A DNA stretch of 64,000 nt from Octopus sinensis (lineage: Eukaryota), in NCBI RefSeq assembly GCF_006345805.1, contig NC_043001.1, positions 33,852,001 through 33,916,000 on the forward strand, read 5' to 3'. Each line of letters starts with the position of its first letter. Position 1 is the first letter of the stretch. The notes below the pieces were generated by a model. It made no database searches. It worked only from the letters and a program-made list of their open reading frames with translations, and was not told the origin of the DNA. A program made the position numbers and the translations under genes. Shown here piece after piece: positions 12,760-26,651 of the stretch.

Positions 12760-12965
12760 ATTGTCATCTAATGTCCTCTTTTCCATGCTTGCACAGGTTA
12801 GATGGAATCTGTTAAGGCACATTTTTTTTATAACCCTCACCTGTTTCCAAGTAAGGTAATATTTCCCTATAGCCAGACTTGTTTTTCAGGGAAGACTAGA
12901 AATAAACAGCATCACTTGTATTGACAATGATCTCATTTGCAAGCATCTCATGATGTCAAGACACA
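12760..12965 (-). mobile_element. RTE-tail SINE fragment
   Basis: ttccatgcttgc...ccctcacctgtttccaagtaaggtaatatttcc is the reverse complement of the 4095-4315 tail. Confidence 0.7.
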
Positions 12966-12993
12966 TAAACACATATGTGTATCTATCTATCTA

Positions 12994-12995
<2 letters not shown>

Positions 12996-13075
<80 letters not shown>
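12996..13075. repeat. (TA)n microsatellite
   Basis: Seen directly. Confidence 0.95.
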
Positions 13076-13077
<2 letters not shown>

Positions 13078-13823
13078 TGACTGCCTAGCCAGTAGGATGA
13101 CATTATTCAAAAGTTAAAACAATGCAAGGCACATTGCGACCAATGTATAACATCTGACAGTCTGGCAGATATTGTGATATATATATATATATATATATAC
13201 ACACAAGAGTTATAGAATGGAGTAGATAAGATCCAGGCTACGTATCTTTCATAGTGAGCAGAACCCCAGAAGTGGTAAATATCCAAGCGAGGTGTATATC
13301 GAAGGCTACTCCACAGGCCAAGGATATCTTGATTCAATAAAAGTCTACATTGTCACAAGGAGGTACATGTTAATACATGAAAGATTCAATCAGAATGTGT
13401 AGAGAGCACAGTAGGAGAGAAGAATATAAATGTAGAGTGAAATAAGTATTAAAAGAAGGAAAAAAGAAGAAAATAAAAGGGAGTGAGAGGAATGAGGAGT
13501 TTAAGCAAGGTCATTTGATTGGTAGTATTCAATAGGGCTGTTTTGGCTAAATCACAGAAATTAGCAAAGGGAGTGGTATTTAAAAAAAAGATAATGTGGA
13601 GGGAAGAGGGTGAGGAAATATTTTTTATCAATAGGGAGGAAAAAAATGTGCCTGTCACCTGCCAACTTTTTTCAGTTTATTGTACTTTGATACAGAAAAA
13701 ATCCACAACCTTCCATCTCAATAAACCACTATTGTCCCTGAAAGTTGTTTTTTATATTTACTATGGATTGCTTGAAGCTAACTTTCTTTCTACACTTTGA
13801 TCCCTGCATCTTACATTTATATA

Positions 13824-14550
<727 letters not shown>

Positions 14551-15631
14551 AGTTTCTTTCAGTTTCCATCTGTAGCAGGTGCTTGTCTAAAATTCTAGCA
14601 AGTTGAATCCTACATGGAGCTATACAATACTGTATCTAGTAGAGGATGGTGATGATGGAGGCTATAACTAAATGTTTACAACAGTACGATAACCAAATGA
14701 AAGAATATAGCTTTAAAAGATACACATTAGGCTATAAAACTTAACCAAATCAAATCAGACTTTTTAATGTTTTAACAAGTTACGTTTTTGTTTTTATTTA
14801 TACTCTATTACAAGTACACTTAAATTAAGTCATCTTTAAACACTTTAATCCTACATATCCACATAGCCTTTGGCAAGATTTGAACATATATTTCTCAAGA
14901 AGAATTTCAATATTCTTACCAGTTATGCTATATCAAATTAAGAGCCAAAACATTTTACAATAATTACAAAAACACTGGTAATAGATAGGAATAGTTTTAA
15001 ACAGATATAGATATCACAGAACTATATTTTTACATAACTGAGACATTCAAAGACTGCCATACAAGATCGTTTTACAGATATTACCTATGTGTTTGTAGGT
15101 TTATATAGAACTAGTATGTCCTTCAATAAGGTGTTTATCTGTACCTAATTCTTATAATAGTTTAGCATTCTTTCTAGTGGACAGCTCTGCCACCCATTCA
15201 TCCCACAAGCCATTGTAGCATAAGAAAGATAGACATTTATATATTAACTACAATGTCATAATCAGTATTATTAAAATGTTGTTTTTACATTTGTTTTGCT
15301 ATACTAGAGACAAATCTATGGATTTCTTTTACGGCACCATCCTTAACTATGATGTAGAGATATACAATGAAACATTGTTGTCTTGTGACTATACATACAG
15401 TCCATAGCTATTCTAAATACTCAGTTGAAACTGTGAAAGAAATCAATATGTAAATAAATATATATATATTTGTTTTGTCCGGGAGTCTCTTCTTATAGTA
15501 GAAGAAATAGCTAAGGTTCTTTGGCTGCTATTTCTAAACTTTGGTAGGTGGTAAAGCAATCTTTGCTGAACCCTAATTATAATTATACCCGTAATTATAA
15601 AATATTGTTTATATATATATATATATATATA

Positions 15632-15776
15632 TACCAACCACATGGTTCCAGGTTCAGTCCCACTGCGTGGTACCTTGGGCAAGTGTCTTCTACTATAGCC
15701 TCAGGCCGACCAAAGCTTTGTGAGGGGATTTGGTAGACGGAAACTGAAAGAAGCCCGTCGTATATATGTATGTATG

Positions 15777-15807
<31 letters not shown>

Positions 15808-15840
15808 ATATGTTTGTTTGTCTGTGTTTGTCTCCCCAAC
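15632..15840 (+). mobile_element. SINE-A truncated at both ends
   Basis: accaaccacatggttccaggttcagtcccactgcgtgg...gtttgtctccccaac, bounded by (TA)n on both sides. Confidence 0.9.
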
Positions 15841-15882
15841 ATATATATATATATATATGTGGTGTGTGTGTGTGTGTGTGTA

Positions 15883-16013
15883 TTTAGGGTTAAACCACTA
15901 GGTGGATAACCATATGCTAGAAGAAGATCACATACGATCTAACTACAAAGAAAGTACGTTCTCCAGGGAAAATTCAGCGAACACCAGAACAAACCTAGTG
16001 GTTTAACCCTAAA
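15883..16013. mobile_element. 131-bp TA-flanked MITE with perfect TIRs containing TTAGGG
   Basis: 15875-15903 tgtgtgtatttagggttaaaccactaggt is the exact reverse complement of 15993-16021. Confidence 0.85.
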
Positions 16014-16154
16014 TACACACATGCATTGAAATTTTTTCTGATTTTTCAGATTTTTTATATGCTAGGCTACTGGTTTTAAATTGATATTAATTAAATTAAT
16101 ATTCAATTTATCTCCCTCATTATTTAAATATATAAATATATATATATATATATA

Positions 16155-16556
16155 TACTCTTTTACTCTTTTACTTGTTTCACTCATTTGACTGCGGCCAT
16201 GCTGGAGCACCGCCTTTAGTCAAGCAAATCGACCCCAGGACTTATTCTTTGTAAGCCCAGTACTTATTCTATTGGTCTCTTTTGCCGAACCGCTAAGTAA
16301 CGGGGACGTAAACACACCAGCATCGGTTGTCAAGCAATGCTAAGGGGACAAACACAGACACACAAACATACATATACATATATATACATATATACGACAG
16401 GCTTCTTTCAGTTTCCCTCTACCAAATCCACTCACAAGGCTTTGGTCGGCCCGAGGCTATAGTAGAAGACACTTGCCCAAGGTGCCACGCAGTGGGACTG
16501 AACCCGGAACCATGCGGTTGGTAAACAAGCTACTTACCACACAGCCACTCCTGCGC
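16155..16556 (-). mobile_element. Full-length young SINE-A
   Basis: CpGs retained; A/B boxes, core, microsatellite and tail all present. Confidence 0.92.
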
Positions 16557-16959
16557 TATACATATATATATCAAAATATTTCAAAAATAAAAACTTAATA
16601 TATACAAAGCTTAATTTATTTGACCTTTGTGAAAACTATACAAAACAGTCTTTGATAATGGAATTAATATCTACTTAAGTAGATCAAAGTCTCTGGAGAA
16701 AACAACAATACCCACTTTTTGTCCTCAAACAACTAGCTAACTACCATGCTTTTAGAAGTGGGTACATACAACAAAGACTCGTTTCTAATTTCTTACAGGT
16801 TTTATTTCTAATGTTGCATGTATGGTTCTTATAAATCAGAATATTGCATGCATTTTTGGAGCAGGTATTTTATAACTTCATACACCTCTTAACACTAATC
16901 ATTCAAGTATGAAGAAAATATATAATATAATAGTTTTTCATAATCATTTCATACCTCTT

Positions 16960-17300
16960 TTCCATGCTGGCATGGGTTGGATGATTTTAGGGGATCTGAC
17001 AAACCACAGGACTGCATCAAACACCAGTCTCAGGTTTCATATCATTACTACAGCTGGATGTCCTTTCTAACACCAACCACTTTACAGTGTATACTACCTG
17101 CTTTTTTTTTGTGACACTGCTGTTAGTGAAATAATCAAGTATCATGTCAGTGTTATGAAAAAAGTATTGAGTACACACTGTAATGTGGTTTACATTAGAA
17201 AGGTCATCCAGCTATTGAAACCATCCCAAAGCTGACATTAGAGTGACATAGGCCTGCACCTCATCAGATCTTGTCAAACCATTCAGCCCATGCTAGCATA
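16960..17300. mobile_element. Two opposed old RTE-tail fragments
   Basis: ttccatgctggcatgggttgg... (minus) and ttagaaaggtcatccagctattgaaacc...cccatgctagcat (plus). Confidence 0.55.
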
Positions 17301-18515
17301 CATGTGTGGGATGGGGGAGAAGATATATGTTCAAAATTTAAATACTCAAGTTTTCAAATCAACAAAGACTTGTTTTATATATCTATTAAGAGATATGAGA
17401 ATGGGTTACTCTAGCAAGATATGACTTCCAAAAGTTCTTTTTTTCTTTGGTTCTCTATTTATGTAACTACTTAATGATATATGTTACAAGTAAAATAGCC
17501 TTCGTTTCATAGGTCAGTGATTAAAGTTTCAAAGCTAAAAATTTATATCCTAAGCATGATTCTACATTGAGCATTATAAAATATTCAAATGAGTTCTTCT
17601 TCATAAACTTTATGAATTTCAAATACACAAATGTTGCTATGTTGGTGTAGCCATTGCAGTATAGGTAAGTGTTGTAATCACAACACTTCCAGGTTCAATC
17701 CTTCTGAATGTCACCTAGGGCAAGTTTCTTCTACACTAGTCTCAGATCAACCAAAGACTTCTGAGAGAAATTTAGTGAACAGATATCTGTGTGGAACCTC
17801 ATTAGATGTGTTGGAAAAGTAGAGGGCGAGTGTGTGTGTGTGTGTGTATAGTGAGGGCCAAATGTCATGCACCAAAACATTTGACATGTTATTTATATTA
17901 TGTTGTTGTTATTTATTTTGTTCATCGTATACATATTCATCATTATCTTAGTTATTGTATTCAATTTTAGGAAAATTGAATCATGTTTTTGAAAATTCCA
18001 GAGTATACTGAACTTATTTTGTGCATGACTTTCGGTCTACACTGTATACACAGATACATGTGCACACACATACCATGCACATACAAGTACAGCCAAGTAA
18101 AACTAAATGTAGTATTTGGTTTCATTTCTGTTCCAACCGTAATCAGCTTTCTTTTTTCACCTCATGAGGCTGATGTAATAAGTACCAGACTAGAGTTCAA
18201 CGTAATTTATGAAACCCCCTGAAGTGCCCCAGCATGGTCACAGTCTGATGGCTGAAACCAGTAAAAGAATGTAATTTGCACTAACTTTGGATCTGAAACT
18301 AAATCGTTATATATTTATACAGTTGAAAGCATTACAGCCAAATTGAAACATTAACTGGATTATGCAATGAAACTATTTCATATTTTATCTGTATCGGCTT
18401 CCTAACTATACAAGAATTCATGGCTTGTTTGTTTAATTGTAGTACAGTGATATCATCTTGCTTTTATACCTTCTTTTTTATTCAGTATTTTTCTATTTAA
18501 AATTACTGTGATATA

Positions 18516-18676
18516 CCGTATTTTAATGTGTATAAGGAACCCTTTAATTTTTGGGGCTTAAAATTTAGAAAAAAAGTTTTATAAGGGATTATAATACTAT
18601 CTATGTATAAGAAATTCTCACACCTTTTAACCTAATCTTTGACTAAAAAGGGTTCCTTACACATGTTAAAATATAG
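18516..18676. mobile_element. Tc1/mariner-pogo (Tigger-like) MITE
   Basis: 27-bp TIRs CCGTATTTTAATGTGTATAAGGAACCC vs rc CTATATTTTAACATGTGTAAGGAACCC; TA on both flanks. Confidence 0.85.
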
Positions 18677-18989
18677 TATATATTATTTGTTTTAAATCTT
18701 TTTCCCTGCACCATGTTTTACAACACAGTGTCATCTGCATTTACTCTGAAACATTACACCGTGCAGAGGCACTAAAATATCTTTTTTAATTACTCATTCA
18801 ATGTATCTAAATCCTGTATGAACAACTTTTAAGCATTAAATCCATTCCTAAATACTATAAGATTACCACCTTATTTTGTATTTTAAGTAACATTATCTTA
18901 CTTTCTTCTTAAAACTTCACTATTCACAGGTATAAAAGCAGAGTAGTAAGAAAATCTACTGTAGGTTATGTTTTATATGTTTTCTCTGC

Positions 18990-19290
18990 TCATTTGCCAT
19001 CAAATATGGCAAACAAATGGAGAATGCAGAGGGTTGTGAGATCTCCTTTGGTCCTGTCTTCTTGAAGATTTAAGTCTCTCTCATGCTAGTACCAGAGAAA
19101 ATGCATCTAGCATTCTCTGTAAAATGGCTGGCATTGGGAAGGACATCCAATCGTGAAACTGAGTGAAAATGTCATAAATGAACACCAGTCTATGAGCAGT
19201 GGCTCCCAAAAGCAAATGACTCAGAGCACTTGATGACCAGACCAACCATATGCCAGCATGGAGGGTGGATGTAGAAATGACGATCTTTTT
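18990..19290 (+). mobile_element. Old RTE-tail retroposon
   Basis: ggcattgggaaggacatcc...accaaccatatgccagcatggagggtggatgtagaaatgacgat. Confidence 0.55.
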
Positions 19291-19427
19291 TCACTCCTTA
19301 CTACAAAAAAAAAAAAACAAAGGATTGCAAACACATCAATTTTCATTCTGCACAATTCTAAATAAAAGATAAGTGATCAGCTGCATCATCATTCTGTGAA
19401 AGTAATAAAATTTCTTTCTTCACTTAC

Positions 19428-19491
19428 TGCGCAGCATAAAAGAAGTCACAATACATTGACCTTTCATACTCCTGAGTGTGATCACTCTCAG
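19428..19491 (-). CDS. 64-nt exon, probably phase 1-2: ESDHTQEYERSMYCDFFYAA-Q
   Basis: Acceptor ttcattattttatag, donor GCA|GTAAGT. The phase-2 end CA joins A of exon 12096 in frame (AAQFYIAPWHF). The phase-0 frame LRVITLRSMKGQCIVTSFMLR is also open. Confidence 0.6.
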
Positions 19492-19959
19492 CTATAAAAT
19501 AATGAATTTCTGTGGTATGATATCTTCTATGTCAGCAACAACAAAGTAGAATTGAAGCTTTCTACGTAATTTATAACATAACATTGGCTTTCAAGAATCC
19601 TTTGCATGTATTAGATACCACAAAGATACTATCTACACTTAGTTCAGAAATGTTCCAAGCCCTTCATAGAACAACATGTTCTGAACAAGAACATACAGCA
19701 CAAGCAACATGCAGTGTAGGATTTTATACTTTCAGGTAATTCTAAAATGAGTAATAGTATTTGCATATTAATACACAGTAAGAGAAAGTACAATTTGGTT
19801 TCTTGAATTTACTTGTTCAGAATACATGTGCTAGTGGATGATTTTTCATATTATATACAATTTTCTGATTTAAAAATCTTTTCCCCTCATAGCTTAATTG
19901 TGCTCTACCATTTAGCAGTCATTAAAAATTTCTCTGCTGAAGGCCTCAATTAAACCTTT

Positions 19960-20240
19960 TACCTCTCTTTGTCTATTTAACATATATCTACTCATAAACA
20001 ATTCTGTATGTTCTATGGTTTTCCAAAAATTCCTTCTACAGTCAGGAAGTTTTAAAAAGGAGATTGCTTCTGCTCCCTAATGCAGTCACCTGCTCTATTC
20101 TCACCACAAGTTCTGGAAAGCTTTTTATGATGTGCTTCCTTGGAAATTACTGCCATGGGGTCAGCAACCTCAGTTTGGAAATAGCTTTAAAGAACTCCTT
20201 TATCAGCAAGGTCATACTCCCAGATATCCCATTCTTACAT
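19960..20240 (-). mobile_element. Possible degenerate LINE AP-endonuclease relic
   Basis: Frameshifted IREQKQS / KEFLEN / IEHTE resembles the recalled PTR...QPSLLDL...EE.IENIE motif of CR1/L2 endonucleases; weak. Confidence 0.3.
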
Positions 20241-20606
20241 ACTTGCAATATATATTATAGGCCAACATTTATCTTTCATTTTCTGTAGTTTTAACCCATA
20301 CATATGTCACTGCATTTTTACCTAAATGAATAGCACCAATTTAGATGAACTGTTGACAACTTATCTAATGCACACCAACATAGAAAGTGGATTTAAAATG
20401 ATTTTGACGATAATGAATATTTGGCAATAATATCTTTTATTTCCCTCCATATTTCCCCCTCTAATAGCACAGATAAAGTAAATATTGTGGGTAAAAAATA
20501 ATTTCTTTTATTTATGTTGAATTATGAAGTCAGTACAAGCAAAAATTGTAAATGAAAACTACTAACTAATCAACTAAGATGCAAGAGTGCTACTGCCCAT
20601 CTAAAC

Positions 20607-20864
20607 TAGTGATTCTTGACCATTTTTTCTTTTTTTTTTTTTTGTCTGTGGACCCCATTTGATTCCAGTTTTACTCGGCTAGATTCTCTAGTCATTCAAT
20701 GATTAAAAAATCTTATATTAAATATTATTAGGAATTGTATAAAAAAAAATTGTTAAAATATTTTGTGTATTGTAGAAGTATAACCAATTTATTGCAGATA
20801 AACTTTAAAACAAAATCTTATATGGATCCTCAAGGGTCATGTGGAGCCCGATAGAGACCCACAG
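20607..20864. mobile_element. hAT MITE
   Basis: Decayed CAGTGGTTCTCAAC-type TIRs; flanks atctaaac / atctacag form a degenerate 8-bp TSD; internal tggaccc motifs. Confidence 0.7.
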
Positions 20865-21789
20865 ATCTACAGCATAAAGTGCCCCACTGACAAATTCACA
20901 GCAGCTATGTATCATATAGGAGCTCGTAAGGGTTGTAAGAAACTGATGTTTAAGCATCAATAATAAATTGTTAAGCAGTAAAATGATGAACTAAAAAAAT
21001 AATCATTAATTTTAAACATTAAGAAATGATAAAAATGTATGTATATAAATTATGAAGTCTCTGGAACAGTGATCTACCAAGTAACATTACTATTAAGATA
21101 AACAATGGTAAGTTGAAAAACGAATGTAAATATAATTAGCTGTATTACTTAGAGATGTTATGGAGAAAATTGTGGTAGAATAGCACAATTGTTTATATCA
21201 AAAAACTTATGTTATTTAACACCACAGTTAGTAATCCTAGATTGCTTTAGAATTCACTCCTTTTTACTTTGTTTTATTTACTTCTTCAATGTTCTGTTAT
21301 TTACTTTTCCTGACCTGAATAAAACTGATTCAAGTTATTTTGAAACTATAATGTGAAGTCAATTTTGTAGACCCAGAATATAAAGCAAAGATAAAATCAC
21401 AAAAACACGGAGAAATTCAAAAGGAAATTAATAATATAGATTCTTTTGGCAACAAAAATCAACTTAATTCTGCAGACTACATAGGCATACAAAATGTAAC
21501 AAAAGTCAGTTCATATTTAGTACATCAATCTGTTGGATTAGTGGGAGCAAGCCAATCTGTTTCTACATAACAAATAGATTTTGCACACTTCATTTCATTT
21601 CATGCCAATGATAAAAAGAAAAGAAATGAATAGTAAATAATTAGACAAAATGGAAGATCAGTTATGAATCAGACTAATTTTCTTCAGAACTACACATTCC
21701 CCCACAATTAATCTAAGTATTTTTGATGAAGTCTAAAATCACATTGCACACCACCAAAATGATTTTTTTACAACAACGAATGTCCACTG

Positions 21790-22132
21790 CTAACACCAGC
21801 TCCTGCCCACGGCGTGGTCAGGTTGGTAGAGAGATCAAAAGAAAAATACCACGAAAACTATCACCACCACAACAACCCTCCTCTTCTCAGGCGCCGAATC
21901 CCCCCGTCCCCCCCACATCTCTTCTGCCGGACCCTCCGGCCCCTGTGCAGGTGGCACGTAAAAGCACCCAATCCACTCACGGAGTTTGGCGTTAGGAAGG
22001 GCATCCAGCCGTAGAAACTCTGCCAGATTCAGACTGGAGCTGGAGCTGCCCCTGGCTTCCAGACCCGGTCGAACCGTCCAACCCGTGCTAGCGCGGAAAG
22101 CGGACGTTAAACGATGATGATGATGATGATGA
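21790..22132 (+). mobile_element. Young GC/CpG-rich LINE 3' end (RTE-type tail ending (GAT)n)
   Basis: ggcacgtaaaagcaccc...gttaggaagggcatccagccgtagaaac...gcggacgttaaacgatgatgat with CpGs intact. Confidence 0.8.
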
Positions 22133-22307
22133 TTGTAACTCTAAATAATATCCACACAGTTTGATAGTAAAGTCGTTATTCATTTATTAAAATTATTTTT
22201 GGCATATCCTAAAGATTAAGGGATAAGCAGCTGATGAATCAAGCTCCCTATAAATCAAGGATAACCAGATATCAAACCTTGGTTTGATAGCTGGTATTAA
22301 TATTTAC

Positions 22308-22382
22308 CTTTTACACAGACCAGTACTAATATGCTTGGAGAAATAACGACAATCATAATTCCTAATTTCTCTATTTCTGAAG
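22308..22382 (-). CDS. Weak candidate 75-nt exon (FRNREIRNYDCRYFSKHISTGLCK in phase 2, or SEIEKLGIMIVVISPSILVLVCVK in phase 1)
   Basis: Donor AAG|GTAAAT is good, polypyrimidine tract is weak, two frames are open. It overlaps an exon-like signal on the plus strand. Confidence 0.3.
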
Positions 22383-23421
22383 CTAACAGAATCAATCTTT
22401 TATGTATGAATAACTCTGTTTACACAAAATCAGGTAAGTGACTAGCACATTGTAACATGGTTTAATATTTAAGCATCTTTAATGATAAAATATTTATCAG
22501 TAAAATAGACTAATGGCATGTAAAAACAAAAATCAATTAAAATCTGAATATGAAACAGTGTTTCTGTTGCAACCATAGATAGCCTAGATTGCAACCAAAG
22601 GATTACAACCACCAGCCTGGTTTCTACTCTCTTCTACCGGCAATACAATGGCTTTTGTTTTTCTGAACTAGCTCCATTAAAGTTTATCTCTCTCTCTCTC
22701 TTCTTCTTCTTCTTCCCACTACCTTGTCTCTCGCCACAGGGAAACTCCACAAAACACATTTCCAAAAGTAAACAAGGGGGCTTCTATATGATTGTAGGAG
22801 CCTCAAGAAATAACAGTCAAATCTCTCCTAAATCCCATTCTAATGTTTTAAAGAAAGGACATGTTGCACAGTATAGTAATTGCTACACACAATAATGGAA
22901 CGGTCATAAAATCTACTGGAGCAGATCTGACTTGGGTTAAACAACAACAGTAGTAACACTTTCCCTAGTCCTTCATCATCGAAGTGATAGTGCTCTGGAT
23001 TTTCTCTACCCAACACCTGCTATGCTTTTGTTACAGATATCAACCTACAGATGTTCAAGTGGAACATCAACAGTATCAATACAAACAATGAGTGATAGAC
23101 TACAAAGGTCACTCGCATTTATCCACCTCTCTTGACAAACTTATAGAATAACAAAATATTGTGTTGTCTAAACAGAAGAACTTCAATAAAATAGGCTGAA
23201 ACTGTGATAATATCCTCAGACAAGATGTTTATTACATAAAAAAAAATTTGTTGAACAGGAAATATCAATAACATTTCCAAACAACTATATAAACATAGAT
23301 TTCATTTGCTACAATATTGAAGGAAAACATATTTAAAAAGTTTAAGAAGATTATATAATTTGCTTTCTGATTTTGTTATTGAACTCCATTTCCCCAAAAG
23401 AATAACAATAAAGAGCTTTAC

Positions 23422-23541
23422 CTTTCATCTCTGCTGTCATCGGTAGAACATTCATCTTTTAAAGTTTCTTTGGTCATTCCACAACTGGACATAATCAGAG
23501 ACTCCAGACTTGCAGTCCTTAGGGATTCTGAAGAACGCTTC
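23422..23541 (-). CDS. 120-nt coding exon, phase 2-2: KRSSESLRTASLESLIMSSCGMTKETLKDECSTDDSRDE; product unidentified
   Basis: Acceptor tttcttattgtatccctag, donor AAG|GTAAAG, length a multiple of 3, only one frame open, GC higher than the flanks, hydrophilic non-repetitive peptide. Confidence 0.7.
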
Positions 23542-25849
23542 CTAGGGATACAATAAGAAAAATAAGAAAGCATATTAATTCCAAATTAAAACAGCATGCA
23601 ATAAATACATGGGCACAAGAGCCACTAGTTCACAAAATGAAATTGCCAATCTAAAACTAAATGCAATTTTGAAAGCTGTTTAAAAATGAGAAATTTTACT
23701 ATAGCAGTAAAAATACAATTTACATAATTGTTTCAATGGTTGACATCATTACTAATGTCCCATTGATAGATAGTACTAACTATTTATCTACTTTGTGTTC
23801 GATAAGAGAATATTTCCAATTTCTATCAGGTATAATTTCAGAAATTTATACTGATTTTTTTTTGTTTGATTCAAAGTATTTAACAAAAGATATTCATATC
23901 AAATAGTTATGTTTTATATACAAAAATCTAATAAAATTGTAATTACAGCTGCATTTATTTACAAAATATGGAAGTAAATCATATTAATTTGGCTGTAATG
24001 AGTTAAATTCAAAATGTTTTCAATTTGTAATTTATCTCAGTATGAACATGCTTGTTCCAGTATTGTTCATAACAGCTCTGATTGATTATAAGAACTACAA
24101 TATTAAACTAGACTGACACTTATTGATAAACCCACAAGCTAAATATGCCAAATATACTCCCATTTCTCTATATTTATTCCATTATATCATTTCCATCAAT
24201 GGCAATGTAGCTTAGTTTTAAGAGAATTTAAAATCAAATTTACATTATATCACATAATTTCTAAACTGTTACTTAAAATTCTTCAAAATAAAGGTTACCA
24301 ATGGTTTACTTTTATTAAAGGGTCTTTCTGTACTTAAAGTTGGTAACATTTTTTTTTTTAGAAATTTGGCAACTATAAGAGCAGTAGGATTACACACATA
24401 GAAATTTTTATTGATTTAAAATTTGAAAAAATTTGTGTCTAATATGAAAATAATTTTTCGGTTTCTTTGAATTCACGTATTTCAAGAAAATATGTAAAAT
24501 TTTGAGTTTCTATCAATCCAAATTATTTCATCATAACTTTATCTCCATTAACCAAGTATACAAAATTATCCTTAGTGTGAGACTTCCTTATACATCAACT
24601 GATGCTACAATTACAAAATATATCTTCTTATGAGAGTGTCTCTCAAGGCTATTAATGCACATTAAGTTGGATATAAAGATTGTTTTTTGATACTAATACT
24701 GCTTCTGTCACTAAAAATTACTATCTTCATAAATTTCTGATGAAGCCAAGTAAATTTAAATCAATCTACTGTAAAGTAATGTGCAAAGTCAACAAAATTT
24801 TAATTGCTCTGAAATTAAGAAAAAAAAAACTGCTTTTATGCATAGAACATAATACAATATGCAAAATGTCATTAGTACAAGTTGTTTTTGAAAGAAGACA
24901 AATTTAAATATATGAGAGAAAAGGACACAAAAAAATACAATTACAATTCATAATTTTTTTAATATATAATTTAGATACAAAAGAGCAATAATGTTATTCA
25001 ATCAAAAGTAAAACAATGAAAAATAGTTATAAATTAACATGAAAAAGGCAAATTCTCAAGCTTGCATAAATTCATGCCAATCCTAAATGTTTTGTTTAAA
25101 AAAAAAACAATGAAATAAACATATCACAGAAAGAAGCATAGTAAATGAAGTATTTTACATTCATTTCACTTATTGACATAATCAAAACAAATCAAAACGA
25201 TTGGTCAGAAAAATCATTGCCATACTTTTAATATTAAATTATTATTCTATAATGCTCTGAAGATAATGTTTAAATCTCAGGCTGATGTAAGAGCTTTGTT
25301 GTTTAACTATTGTTTCAAGCAGTAAACAAAGGAAATTCAAGAAAAAGAATAAATTAATAATTTAATAAAACAATGGTTCTGTAACATAGAAACCAGAATA
25401 AGAGTTCAATGTAAAAGAGAAGGATAAAGATGAAATATAAAAATAAACAAACTAAAAGACAGTTTTGTTCAACTTTATAACTTTCTTTATATTAAAGAAG
25501 GTAACACTATACACAGGTAAGGACTCAAATTATTTATATATTGGTAAGATTAAACCCTGTGTAGTAAATGCTAAGTAAACATAACTGCATTTGACTAGAA
25601 GGATTTTTAATCAACCAAAGTCAAAACAATATATGCTGATTGCACCAAGTAATGGGCACACACACACACACCACACACTTAATTTCTCTTTAAATACATA
25701 GAGAAACTGTTTCTATGAAAAAAAAAAATCTACTATTTTCAGAAAAACTTCTGGTTTATATAACTTTTAAGTAACAAAAGATTTAGTTAGCAGGAAAGGA
25801 GATAGGATTCAACAGCCTTGTAGGAAGCTACTGATATACAGAAAAATAG

Positions 25850-26590
25850 TAAGTTGGAATCCCATAAAGTGCACCCAATGTAAAATATGTCTGTGCAAGA
25901 GGTGTAGTGATATCACTGGCAGATTGACAGAGAAGGGTGATTTCATTTGTGGCACAGACATAATTACCTGCAAAAGTACCAATGAAAAACATTCTTTCAA
26001 ATGTTTGGAAGGATATATAGAAACTGTTGATAGTTTCTCTTACCTAAGTGACATAATTAGTAGTGGTGATGGGCATTTAAAAGCATAGCAGCCTAAATAA
26101 GAACAAGGTAAGAAAAGTACATGGAGCTATTCTGCTAACAACAAAGAGCTTCTCTAAGTTAACAGTAGACAGTATGAAACTTACAGAGTACAATGTTGCA
26201 TGGTACTGAAACATTAGTGTTAAATACAAAGGATGCGTAAAGGCTGGAAAGAAACCAGGTCCGCATATTTCGTTAAAAGTGTTCTAGAAAATCTAGGTAT
26301 ATGGAGAAATCAGATGTGGTGTGCAAGAGAGAAGACTGTGCTGGTTACAGTCTATGAAGGATGACATTTGAGAAAAGAAATACCAAGCAATCCAAGCAGA
26401 AGGACAATGAGGAAGAGGAAAACAAATGAAGACATGGGAAGAAGTGATGAGACTAATATAAGAATGTTGAACTTTATAAAGGAGATGATGAGGAATTGTA
26501 ATCAGCAGTGAGACAAACAGTATGCTGGAGAAGACCTATTCAACCCATGTAAGCATGAGAAAATAGACATGAAAATGATGATAATGACGG
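25850..26590 (+). mobile_element. RTE-clade LINE 3' fragment, degenerate
   Basis: KRCSDITGRL...VDSFSYLSDIISS...CGVQERRLCW, ending aacccatgtaagcatgag...atgatgat. Confidence 0.75.
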
Positions 26591-26651
26591 TGACATTAAC
26601 AACAATGAAGATCTAGAAGTATAGAGTGTGTTGTTTTCCAGTATAATCAAA

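Noticed and set aside
13240-13345. Possible hammerhead on the minus strand (ctatgaaagatacg)
   Set aside because: Lacks intact CUGANGA and GAAA boxes.
15333-15430. Strong minus-strand acceptor (gatttctttcacag)
   Set aside because: Stops in all three frames within 8 codons.
19963-20076. 114-nt open phase 0-0 minus-strand exon candidate (GAEAISFLKLPD...)
   Set aside because: Poor pyrimidine tract, does not solve the phase gap, and overlaps a probable LINE endonuclease relic.
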